A stretch of 63,395 bases of DNA from a bacterium (GTDB lineage: Bacteria > Patescibacteriota > Minisyncoccia > Phycocordibacterales > UBA5272), in contig JAYTSG010000033.1 of NCBI GenBank assembly GCA_043745785.1, forward strand, positions 1 to 63,395, written 5' to 3'. The position numbers and the translations under genes were made by a program. Positions 35,842 to 44,518 of the stretch are shown here, piece by piece. Under the pieces are notes generated by a model. The model searched no databases and was not told the origin of the DNA. It worked only from the letters and a program-made list of their open reading frames with translations. Each line of letters starts with the position of its first letter. Within the stretch, counting starts at the first letter, position 1.

Positions 35842-36666
35842 TCAAACTTTCCAGTATTCAGGAACGAGTGCCCCGTTCACCTCTTTGAAGTCTCCGAACA
35901 GCTCAGGGACGTTTGCAAGCATCTCCTTTCCGACCTTCTTGTAGACGTGAACGATTTCTTCTTCTGCTCCTTCGTTCGTACGGAGTGCAATGATGTGCCG
36001 AAGGGCACGAACATTTAGACTCCAGACACCTCCTGTTGCGATTCCCATGCCGATGCCACGGCGAAAAGCGGAGGTCAGTACTTTCTTGCCATGGAATGTG
36101 CTCGAAGGGTCGAGCTCTTCCTTCCATGTTCCTGCGAAGAATGCCATCATTTCTTCTTGGCTCGTGAACTGGGCAGTCAAGCGTTCTCGGCTAAGCTGTT
36201 TCTTACGAGCAAGTGTCTCTGAGTCGCTAGTTTCTTCTCGAAAGCATTCGGGCATCCAAAATTCAATGTTCTCGTAGCGTACGTATCGCATACTCCGTTC
36301 GGAGATAGCGACGCCTGCGCGATGACGATTGTTTTCTCCCGTGAAGACTCGTGAACAGCCGTTGATGCCGAAAGTGAAGACGGCGTGCTCAAGAACAGAG
36401 CCATGTCGTTGCTTCATGACATTGTCAAGATAGTTAACCATGTCTTTTCTCACCTTGGTGACGTTAGGGTTGAGCCCGGGTTGAAACGACATATAGCACT
36501 GCTTTGCCGCAAGAGCGACGAGGAGTGCGGGGTCAGAGACAGCTTCTTGTTCGGGTATCTCAAACTCGTCTGCCCCGAGATCGTCAAGCCAAAGGCGTAC
36601 AGCTTTGCGGTCAACAACAGTTTTTGCAATTTGGAAGACACGAATTTCGTTAAAGGATGATGCCAT
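35842..36666 (-). CDS. thyX: Flavin-dependent thymidylate synthase ThyX
   Basis: ThyX signature RHRAGVAISERSMRY (RHR-x8-S-x-R-Y). Confidence 0.85.
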   Translation of the reverse strand: MASSFNEIRVFQIAKTVVDRKAVRLWLDDLGADEFEIPEQEAVSDPALLVALAAKQCYMSFQPGLNPNVTKVRKDMVNYLDNVMKQRHGSVLEHAVFTFGINGCSRVFTGENNRHRAGVAISERSMRYVRYENIEFWMPECFREETSDSETLARKKQLSRERLTAQFTSQEEMMAFFAGTWKEELDPSSTFHGKKVLTSAFRRGIGMGIATGGVWSLNVRALRHIIALRTNEGAEEEIVHVYKKVGKEMLANVPELFGDFKEVNGALVPEYWKV

Positions 36667-36834
36667 GATGGCCTCCGTATGGGTTAGGGATTGCGTGTGC
36701 AGAGATCTCTTTTCAGGGACTCTTAAAAAACTCTACTACTTTAAGCTCTATTTTGCAATTTTGTTTATTCTTTTAGCAAGAGTATAATTGCTGGCAAGGT
36801 AGCATTAGGCTACTTTGTTCATTAACTAAACCTT

Positions 36835-37458
36835 GTGAGGACGCAAATGATACACGCAAAATATATCGTTATTGACGGTATTGACGGTGGTGGAAAAACT
36901 AGCCTTTTCTCTTGGCTGAAAACAGTTTTTCCAACAGGAAAGTTTGAATATACGCGAGAGCCCGGAGGAACACCTCTCTCTGAAAAGATTCGCCCACTTC
37001 TTTTGCAGGAACCCATGTCTCCGTACTCTGAAATGTGTCTCTTCATCGCTGCTCGCGAAGACACTCGAAAACAAGTCGTTGCTCCAGCACTTGCGCGTGG
37101 TGTTCATGTCATTTCTGATCGTTCTGATTCTTCTACATTTGCCTATCAGCTTCGTGGAAGAAGACATGAAGACCTGCAAGATCTTTTTTGGAAGATGAGT
37201 GAAAGGATCCACCCTTCGCCGTCACTCTATATCTTTCTTGACCTTGATCCAAAGGTTGCTGCTGGGCGTATGGAAGGGCGAAGAGCGGATAGGTTCGATA
37301 CCGAGAGTATTGAATTCTTTAGAAGAGTGAGGCGAGGTTTTCAGGATTTTGCTGCTCATGTTCAAAGTCCTTGCCAAGTCGTCAGTGCTGAGCATTCACC
37401 AGAAATGGTTGCAGAAGAAGTTCGTGTGCTCATACAAGATCACTTGAGGGGGGAGTGA
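36835..37458 (+). CDS. tmk: Thymidylate kinase
   Basis: P-loop IVIDGIDGGGKT and DR(S/Y) motif; start may be 36847. Confidence 0.85.
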   Translation: MRTQMIHAKYIVIDGIDGGGKTSLFSWLKTVFPTGKFEYTREPGGTPLSEKIRPLLLQEPMSPYSEMCLFIAAREDTRKQVVAPALARGVHVISDRSDSSTFAYQLRGRRHEDLQDLFWKMSERIHPSPSLYIFLDLDPKVAAGRMEGRRADRFDTESIEFFRRVRRGFQDFAAHVQSPCQVVSAEHSPEMVAEEVRVLIQDHLRGE

Positions 37459-37533
37459 TTTCAGACGCAATACAAACAAGAGGGTGGTCAGAAGTGACCG
37501 CCCCTTGTCTTTTTTCTATAATACGATATTATC

Positions 37534-37959
37534 ATGCGAATGAGGCTCTTGATTAAAAAATTAGAACAAGACGCGAAGTTGCCTGAAAGGGCTCATAAAG
37601 AAGATGCAGGAGCTGATATTTTTTCTTTCGGTGAGCAAACTATTCTGCCGGGCGAAACCAAAAAGCTGCGCACTGGGATTTCCTTCGCTTTTCCTCCAGG
37701 TTATGTTGCTCTCATCTGGGACAAATCCTCTGTTGGAGCGCTTGGTATTAAAACTCTTGGAGGTGTAGTAGATGCTGGGTACCGAGGAGAAGTGCAGGTG
37801 GTTATGATAAATCTTTCAAAAAATAAAATCATCTTCTCGCATGGACAAAAAATAGCACAGATACTCATACAAAAAGTAGAACTTCCAGAAATAGTAGAGG
37901 TAGAAAGTCTCGATGCTACTTTGCGTGGAGAAGGTGGTTTTGGAAGTACTGGGAAATAA
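37534..37959 (+). CDS. dut: dUTP diphosphatase (trimeric dUTPase)
   Basis: AGADIFS, GVVDAGYRGE and GFGSTG motifs. Confidence 0.85.
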   Translation: MRMRLLIKKLEQDAKLPERAHKEDAGADIFSFGEQTILPGETKKLRTGISFAFPPGYVALIWDKSSVGALGIKTLGGVVDAGYRGEVQVVMINLSKNKIIFSHGQKIAQILIQKVELPEIVEVESLDATLRGEGGFGSTGK

Positions 37960-37973
37960 GGTAGTATGTTTGT

Positions 37974-39821
37974 ATGAATCCAGAGGAAGAGATCAGAAAC
38001 GCACTTATAAAAGTTAGTCAAAACTGTTTTAACAATTGGTCACCTATGTTTAATTTGGAGAAAAAAGATGATCTTAGACATGGAGATTACTCTACAAATT
38101 ACGCGTTCGGTTTCTTTGCGGATTTTGCTCGACTTACTGACACTCATGTTGGAGAAATGACAATTATTTTCCCAAATGATCTTCCAAAGCTAAAAAAATC
38201 AGCTAATCCTAAAGAGTTGGCTGATCAGTTGGTTCTTGTATTGAACAGTGATAATAAATTGAAAGAGATTGTTTACCATATCGAGTCTGCTGGTACAGGA
38301 TTTATCAACTTTTTTATAAAACCTGAGGTAATAAGGGAAGCTGCGTACACTGTCGGGAAAATAAAGACGAAATTTTCTGGTAAAAAAATTCTTGTTGAGC
38401 ACTCCTCTCCAAATCTCTTTAAGCCATTTCATATTGGCCACCTGATGAATAATATAGTAGGGGAGTTTTTAACAAGAGGAATGAGTTTCGCAAATAATGG
38501 TAATGTAACAGTACTTTGTTTCCCTTCAGACATTTCTTTTGGTATTGCAAAAGCTCTATATGTTTTGATGAAAGAAGAAGACATAAATACATCTTTATTT
38601 AATGAGTTTAAAACAATTGGCAGCGATGAAGATTTGTCAGAGGTTGTTTCCTATCTCGGCATCTGCTATGTAAAAGGCACAGCGCTGATACACCTCTCAC
38701 CAGAAGATAATTTGTTAGTACCTGAGGTTCGAGGGATAGCAAAAAAACTCTATGACGCGATTGAAGGAAGGGGGGATAAAAAATCCAGAGAGTATGAGTT
38801 ATGGCAAAGAGCCCATGAGCTCAATACTCAATACTTTCAAACAGTTATTGAAAGTATTGGCTCTCAGATGGGAAAGCCTATTTTTGAAAGTGAAGTCTCT
38901 TTGCTGGGAAAAGATATTGTTACAAAGAATATTCCTAACGTATTTACCGCAAGCGAAGGAGCTGTTGTTTATATTCCAAATGAAGAAAGAAAAGATATAA
39001 ATATCAGTGTATTCATCAACAGTGAAGGGCATCCTACCTATGAAGCGAAAGACCTCGGTCTTATTTATAAAAAGTTTTTTGATTATAAAGAGACAGATGT
39101 TTCACTATTTGTGACTGATGCAGAACAAACACAACACTTTAAGGTAGTGCTTGATGCTGCTTCAAAGTTGGGTGGAGACTGGGAGCAAAGAGTAAAAAAG
39201 AGCATTCACGTTCCTCATGGTAGGATGCTCTTTAAGGGGCAGAAAATGTCAAGTCGTCTGGGCGGCGTACCGCTTGCACTCGACGTGATTGCTGTAGTCG
39301 AAGAAGAAGTAAAAGAGCGCGCAGGGGACAAAATTGCGAATCTTTCGCAAGAAGAGAAAGGTAAACTCGCTCGAGAGATAGCACTCTCTGCGCTTCGTGT
39401 CGCGGTCCTTCGTTCCAAGCCAGGAATCAATATTAACTTTGATCCAGAAACATCACTTTCTTTTGAAGGGGATTCAGGGCCATACCTTTTGTATACGCAT
39501 GCTCGCTGTAGCTCACTTCTTGAAAAAGGCAAAGATATTGTACCAGAGTTTGATAATGCAGTTTCTGTGAGGGCTCTCGAGCGTACTCTTCTTCATTTCA
39601 ACAAGACTCTCAGAGAAAGTATTGAAGATATTGCTCCACAAAAACTAGTCACGTATCTTTTCCTTGTTGCTCAAGAATTTAATAGTTTTTATGGGCAAGA
39701 GCAGATTCTTTCGGAGAACGTCAAAAAAACGGCGCATAATCTCGCTATCGTTTCTTGGACAAAGGAAGTTCTGAAGCAAGGGTTGTATGTACTTGGCATT
39801 ACTGCTCCAGAGCGAATGTGA
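37974..39821 (+). CDS. argS: Arginyl-tRNA synthetase
   Basis: HIGH-type motif PFHIGHLMN; C-terminal anticodon-binding (DALR-like) region; ends in ...ERM as in ArgRS. Confidence 0.85.
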   Translation: MNPEEEIRNALIKVSQNCFNNWSPMFNLEKKDDLRHGDYSTNYAFGFFADFARLTDTHVGEMTIIFPNDLPKLKKSANPKELADQLVLVLNSDNKLKEIVYHIESAGTGFINFFIKPEVIREAAYTVGKIKTKFSGKKILVEHSSPNLFKPFHIGHLMNNIVGEFLTRGMSFANNGNVTVLCFPSDISFGIAKALYVLMKEEDINTSLFNEFKTIGSDEDLSEVVSYLGICYVKGTALIHLSPEDNLLVPEVRGIAKKLYDAIEGRGDKKSREYELWQRAHELNTQYFQTVIESIGSQMGKPIFESEVSLLGKDIVTKNIPNVFTASEGAVVYIPNEERKDINISVFINSEGHPTYEAKDLGLIYKKFFDYKETDVSLFVTDAEQTQHFKVVLDAASKLGGDWEQRVKKSIHVPHGRMLFKGQKMSSRLGGVPLALDVIAVVEEEVKERAGDKIANLSQEEKGKLAREIALSALRVAVLRSKPGININFDPETSLSFEGDSGPYLLYTHARCSSLLEKGKDIVPEFDNAVSVRALERTLLHFNKTLRESIEDIAPQKLVTYLFLVAQEFNSFYGQEQILSENVKKTAHNLAIVSWTKEVLKQGLYVLGITAPERM

Positions 39822-39929
39822 TTTTTTACTTTGAATTTACTAGCGAAAAATCACCCAGGCTTCGCTAGAAGGTCGGGTGAATTTTTTACTGGACTTAAGG
39901 CTAAAAATTAAGCTAAATCCCATGAGAAT

Positions 39930-40167
39930 AGTAAGAAAGTTTTTTCTTGCATCTCCCTTTATTTCTGTTATGATGGAACTATACAGCAATGAAGGGAATA
40001 ATCACCCCCGAGCGAGGGAAGAACATAGCATGTACGCTATAACTAGAACCCATAAATAAGTTTTGCTTTCTTGTGAGAGCAAATAAAACAAGGTGGTACC
40101 ACGATAAAAATCGTCCTTGGAAATAAGTTCATGTAAGTGAATCTATTTCTGTGGGCGATTTTTGTTT
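39930..40167 (+). promoter_or_regulatory. T-box riboswitch leader, candidate Ile specifier
   Basis: T-box sequence aggtggtaccacg 40091-40103; terminator arms aaaaatcgtcc 40106-40116 / gggcgattttt 40153-40163 plus T run; candidate specifier AUC followed by A at 40001-40004; 5' boundary approximate. Confidence 0.7.
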
Positions 40168-40199
40168 AAGGTGTGTCATCTTAGAATTTTTGTAATCAA

Positions 40200-40318
40200 A
40201 AATATCTGTATGAGTACATTTATACTAGGTATATAAGGATCCAGGTTACTGATCCCTAGATATGAATACCGAATGATTGCTTCTGTATGACAAATGCGAG
40301 ATACAGACTGCTCGATAT
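40200..40318 (+). repeat. Dispersed repeat R2, copy 1, between the T-box terminator and the ileS start
   Basis: Blocks ttgtaatcaaaaat, gtacatt, actaggta, aggatc, ataccgaatgattgc and ttctgtatgacaaatgc...gatacagac are shared with 63177-63390. Confidence 0.55.
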
Positions 40319-40350
40319 GAAGACTCTTTATTAAAAATATCAAAAACATT

Positions 40351-43300
40351 ATGGAAGACAAAAAAATAACAATATCAAAGACAATCAATGAAAAAGAACT
40401 TGAAACACTTGCCTTTTGGAATGAAGCAAAGATTTTCGAAAAGTCAGTAGAAACCCCAGCAGGGAGTGCTCCAGTCGGAAACTTTTCTTTTTACGACGGA
40501 CCTCCTTTTGCGACTGGACTTCCTCATCATGGGCATATACTTGCCGGAACCATCAAAGACACCATACCTCGCTATCAGACGATGCAAGGCAAACGTGTGC
40601 GCCGTATGTGGGGCTGGGATTGTCACGGTCTGCCTATAGAAAATCTTATAGAAAAGAAATTAAACTTATCATCTAAAAAAGCTATTGAAGAATATGGTAT
40701 TGATAAGTTTAATCATGAGGCGATGAACTCTGTCCTCGCCTACGATACAGAATGGAAAAAGATAGTGCCGCGTCTCGGTAGATGGGTAGATATGGAACAT
40801 CCGTATAAAACAATGGACGCCACCTATACAGAAAGTGTGTGGTGGAGTTTTTCTGAATTACATAAAAAAGGTTTTGTCTACGAAGGAAATAAAATGATGC
40901 ATATTTGTCCGAGATGTGAGACACCACTAGCACAAAGTGAAGTCGGTCTTGAATACCATGATGTGACGGATATTTCAGTGACGGCTAAGTTTGAGCTCAT
41001 TGATCCTACTACACCGGATAATCATCCTTCTTCTTCTGAAACCCTGAAAGAGTTCAACTCAGAGAATTCTACCAAAAAGACTTATATTCTGGCATGGACG
41101 ACGACACCGTGGACTTTGCCAGGTAATACTGCCCTTGCTGTGAATAAAGGTATCACTTATGTGAAAGTTAAAGCTGTAAAGAAATCAGTATCTGTTAATA
41201 GTATTTCGGATAGAGATGTCTCAGGAGGGGATGATATCGTATGTGTATATTTTATTTTAGCTAAATCAAAATTTCAAGAATATAAAGCTTTTTCGGAAAA
41301 AGATTTTATGATTTTCATAGTCGAAGAAGAATTTTCTGGAGAAAAACTGATTGGAAAATCATATAAACCAGTTTTTCCTTATTTTGTAGATAAAGAAATG
41401 GATAATAGAGAAAATCTTTTCAAAATATGGCATGCAGACTTTATTACTGATGATACTGGTACAGGTATCGCGCATGAAGCGCCAGCATTCGGAGCAGAAG
41501 ATATGGATCTTGCAAAGGAAAATAATATCCCCGTTATAAAGCATGTCAAAATGGATGGCACGTTTACTGTAGAGGTGACTGACTTTGCTGGCATGAAAGT
41601 GAAAGTTAAAGACGATACACAGTCAGCAGACATAGAAATCATCAAGTATCTCGCGTATCACGGGTCACTTTTTGAAAAACATAAAATAATACACTCGTAT
41701 CCATTATGCTGGAGATGTAAAACTCCGCTCCTTAATTATGCGACTAGTTCATGGTTCGTCGATGTTCCAAGTTTTAGAGATAAACTTGTTTCAGAGAATC
41801 AAAAGATTGGTTGGACCCCAGAGCATATGCGCGATGGACGATTTGGTAAATGGTTAGAAGGCGCTCGTGAATGGGCTGTTTCGAGGCTTCGCTACTGGGG
41901 AGCCCCACTGCCTGTTTGGAGAAGTGAGAGTGGAAAAATAAAAGTTATTTCATCACTGAAAGAACTTGCCGAACTTTCTATAACCAAACCAAAGAACAGT
42001 TATTTTGCGATGAGACATGGGCAGTCACTCTATAATACAGAGCAAAAGCTGGACTCCCTTGGTGTGGAAGAAAACGTCCTGACAGAGGTGGGAAGAGAAA
42101 AAATAAAATCTCAAAGAGAAGTATTTAAGAAAGTAGGTATTAATATCATTCTCGTTTCTCCTCTCCCTCGCACGAGAGAGACAGCTCATATAGTAAGTGA
42201 AGGCAGTGATGTAAGTATCATTATTGAGGAGAAGCTTCGTGAGTTTGCCTTTGGAGAATTCGAAGGTAAAAGTTCAGACGAGTTTCATAATCATAAAACT
42301 CTACATGAACATTTAGACGAAAAAGTAGAAAAAGGAGAGTCATTTCGAGATCTTGCTAAAAGATTTATGCAGGTAGTAGCTGAGTGTGAAGAAAAATATG
42401 AAGGTAAAAAAATACTTTTTGTAACACACGGTTCCAATGCATATATGGGTCGAGCTGAAGCTCATTTGTGGACTGATGAAGAAATCTTACAGGGTAACAA
42501 TGAGCTCACTGTCCATAATGGTGAATGTATACCTATAGAAATTAAAATGGTTCCGCGCGATGCCACAGGGGCCGTTAACTTACATCGCCCTTATATAGAC
42601 GATGTTGTTTTAGATATAGATGGTGAAGAGTATAGACGTATTCCTGACGTGTTTGACTGCTGGTATGAGTCTGGCTCTATGCCGTATGCTTCGCTCCATT
42701 ATCCTTTTGAAAATAAAAAGGTCTTTGAAAATAATTTTCCAGCTGACTTTATTGCAGAAGGGCTCGACCAAACTCGCGGATGGTTTTATTCACTGATGAA
42801 CCTTGGAGTTGGTGTTTTTGATAAGTCTCCGTATAAACAAGTAGTAGTCAACGGTACTATTTTGACTGGTGATGGTGAAAAAATGAGTAAAAGTCTGAGT
42901 AATTTTACCGACCCTATGCTTCTTGTGGAAAAGTATGGAGCAGATGCACTTCGTTATTTCTTGCTTTCTTCCCCTGTAGTGAAGGGAGAAAGTATGGAGT
43001 TTCATGATAAAGGAGTGGAAGATGTTTATAAGAAAGTTATTGGTCGCTTAGAAAATGTGGTGTCACTGTATATGATGAATAAAGATGAAGCAGTAACAGC
43101 TAAAGCAGACAGTACGAATGTTCTTGATATCTGGATAGTAAGCCTACTTCATGCCATGCAGAGAAATGTGACTATAGCCTATGATACATATAAACTTGAC
43201 GAAGCAACGAGACCTCTTGAAAGTTTTATCGACAGTCTTTCTGTCTGGTATGTCAGACGCTCAAGAGATAGGTTCAAAGGGGTTCTTGGTGAGCTGGAAA

Positions 43301-43938
43301 AACGTGAGGCTCTCGCTACTCTTAAGTATGTACTGCTCGAGCTCGCAAAAATGATGGCACCGGTTATGCCATTCCTCGCGGAGCGCATATATCTTGAAAT
43401 GGGTGGAGGAAGTGAGAGCGTCCATTTGGAGAAATGGTCGGCTATAAAACCTCTTGTAGATACCGAAGCGGAGGGTGTCAAAAATATGTCTCTCACCAGA
43501 GACTTTGTGTCAGTGCTTTTAATGCAAAGAACCAAAGCAGGTATACCTGTACGTCAACCGCTAGCTAGTGCAACTATCAATGATAGCTTACCTGAAGTGT
43601 ATCTTGAAATTATTAAAGAAGAAGTAAATATCAAAAAAATCCTTATTGATACAAGAGAAAAAGAAGAGGTGTCGATTGAGACGACTATGACAAAGGAGCT
43701 TATCCGCGAAGGAGATATCAGAAATATCATGAGATCTCTTCAAGATACTCGTAAAGAAAAAGGGATGACTCAGGGTGACATGGCGCAAGGAGAAATAGCT
43801 CTCACTCTTACGGAAAGTGAGAGAAATGAAATCATGAAAGTATGTAATCTTTCTACACTTGCTTTTGTTTCCGAAATAGAAAATGCGAATAAGTCTCAAG
43901 TATCTTTTGGTAAGATTTTATTTTCTGTAAAGCTGTAA
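40351..43938 (+). CDS. ileS: Isoleucyl-tRNA synthetase carrying an internal histidine-phosphatase-like domain
   Basis: HIGH (PHHGH) and KMSKS motifs and editing domain; extra segment at about aa 548-735 with RHG, SPLPRTRETA and THG motifs. Confidence 0.85.
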   Translation: MEDKKITISKTINEKELETLAFWNEAKIFEKSVETPAGSAPVGNFSFYDGPPFATGLPHHGHILAGTIKDTIPRYQTMQGKRVRRMWGWDCHGLPIENLIEKKLNLSSKKAIEEYGIDKFNHEAMNSVLAYDTEWKKIVPRLGRWVDMEHPYKTMDATYTESVWWSFSELHKKGFVYEGNKMMHICPRCETPLAQSEVGLEYHDVTDISVTAKFELIDPTTPDNHPSSSETLKEFNSENSTKKTYILAWTTTPWTLPGNTALAVNKGITYVKVKAVKKSVSVNSISDRDVSGGDDIVCVYFILAKSKFQEYKAFSEKDFMIFIVEEEFSGEKLIGKSYKPVFPYFVDKEMDNRENLFKIWHADFITDDTGTGIAHEAPAFGAEDMDLAKENNIPVIKHVKMDGTFTVEVTDFAGMKVKVKDDTQSADIEIIKYLAYHGSLFEKHKIIHSYPLCWRCKTPLLNYATSSWFVDVPSFRDKLVSENQKIGWTPEHMRDGRFGKWLEGAREWAVSRLRYWGAPLPVWRSESGKIKVISSLKELAELSITKPKNSYFAMRHGQSLYNTEQKLDSLGVEENVLTEVGREKIKSQREVFKKVGINIILVSPLPRTRETAHIVSEGSDVSIIIEEKLREFAFGEFEGKSSDEFHNHKTLHEHLDEKVEKGESFRDLAKRFMQVVAECEEKYEGKKILFVTHGSNAYMGRAEAHLWTDEEILQGNNELTVHNGECIPIEIKMVPRDATGAVNLHRPYIDDVVLDIDGEEYRRIPDVFDCWYESGSMPYASLHYPFENKKVFENNFPADFIAEGLDQTRGWFYSLMNLGVGVFDKSPYKQVVVNGTILTGDGEKMSKSLSNFTDPMLLVEKYGADALRYFLLSSPVVKGESMEFHDKGVEDVYKKVIGRLENVVSLYMMNKDEAVTAKADSTNVLDIWIVSLLHAMQRNVTIAYDTYKLDEATRPLESFIDSLSVWYVRRSRDRFKGVLGELEKREALATLKYVLLELAKMMAPVMPFLAERIYLEMGGGSESVHLEKWSAIKPLVDTEAEGVKNMSLTRDFVSVLLMQRTKAGIPVRQPLASATINDSLPEVYLEIIKEEVNIKKILIDTREKEEVSIETTMTKELIREGDIRNIMRSLQDTRKEKGMTQGDMAQGEIALTLTESERNEIMKVCNLSTLAFVSEIENANKSQVSFGKILFSVKL

Positions 43939-43944
43939 TCATCA

Positions 43945-44511
43945 TTGTTCTCTGTGGCAATAGAAAAATATACAACGGAAGCCTTTGTTCTTAGAGACTA
44001 TGAGCAAGGAGAGCATGATAAAGTCTTTAAACTCTTTACAAGAGAATTTGGCGTGCTGTACACTCTTGCTAAAAGTGTAAGAAAACTTGAAAGTAAACTA
44101 AGGTATCACCTCGATACTTCAAAGAAATTATCCGTCACGCTCGTCAAGGGTAAAGAAGTGTGGAGATTAACAGGTGTTGAAAGTTTAAGTGAAAGTAGTA
44201 ATAACACAGCACTCGCTTGTCATATAGTAGAGCGTTTTGTACGTGGTGAAGGGGCTCAGAAAAAACTTTTTGATCATGTCTCGGAGTTCTCACTCTTAGA
44301 AGACGGGTCACTTCCGAGCGATGTCGGCGTACTCACTTTGTATTATCTGCTCCTGGTCGATCTTGGTTATGCAGATGGTAGTCTAGGTGGGGCAAAAGAT
44401 ATAGAAGAGTTTTTCTCGTTCTCACTTACTGATCATTTTACTCACATACTACTACATAAAGCTGTCGTCAAAAGTCATGTACACACAGTAATGGCTGAAA
44501 TGCAGTTATAA
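43945..44511 (+). CDS. recO: DNA repair protein RecO (short form)
   Basis: N-terminal OB-fold pattern EAFVLRDYEQGEHDKVFKLFTREFG; TTG start. Confidence 0.55.
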   Translation: MFSVAIEKYTTEAFVLRDYEQGEHDKVFKLFTREFGVLYTLAKSVRKLESKLRYHLDTSKKLSVTLVKGKEVWRLTGVESLSESSNNTALACHIVERFVRGEGAQKKLFDHVSEFSLLEDGSLPSDVGVLTLYYLLLVDLGYADGSLGGAKDIEEFFSFSLTDHFTHILLHKAVVKSHVHTVMAEMQL

Positions 44512-44518
44512 TAGATAT

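Noticed and set aside
35002-36660. Multiple overlapping ORFs in the dcd/thyX region (35002..35355, 35171..35437, 35903..36127, 35990..36277, 36177..36404, 36385..36660)
   Set aside because: High local GC removes stop codons in alternative frames. dcd and thyX explain the region.
41992-42555. Intein or mobile intron inside ileS
   Set aside because: No Cys/Ser-Asn splice-junction residues or endonuclease motifs are present. The insert has RHG/THG histidine-phosphatase signatures and is in frame.
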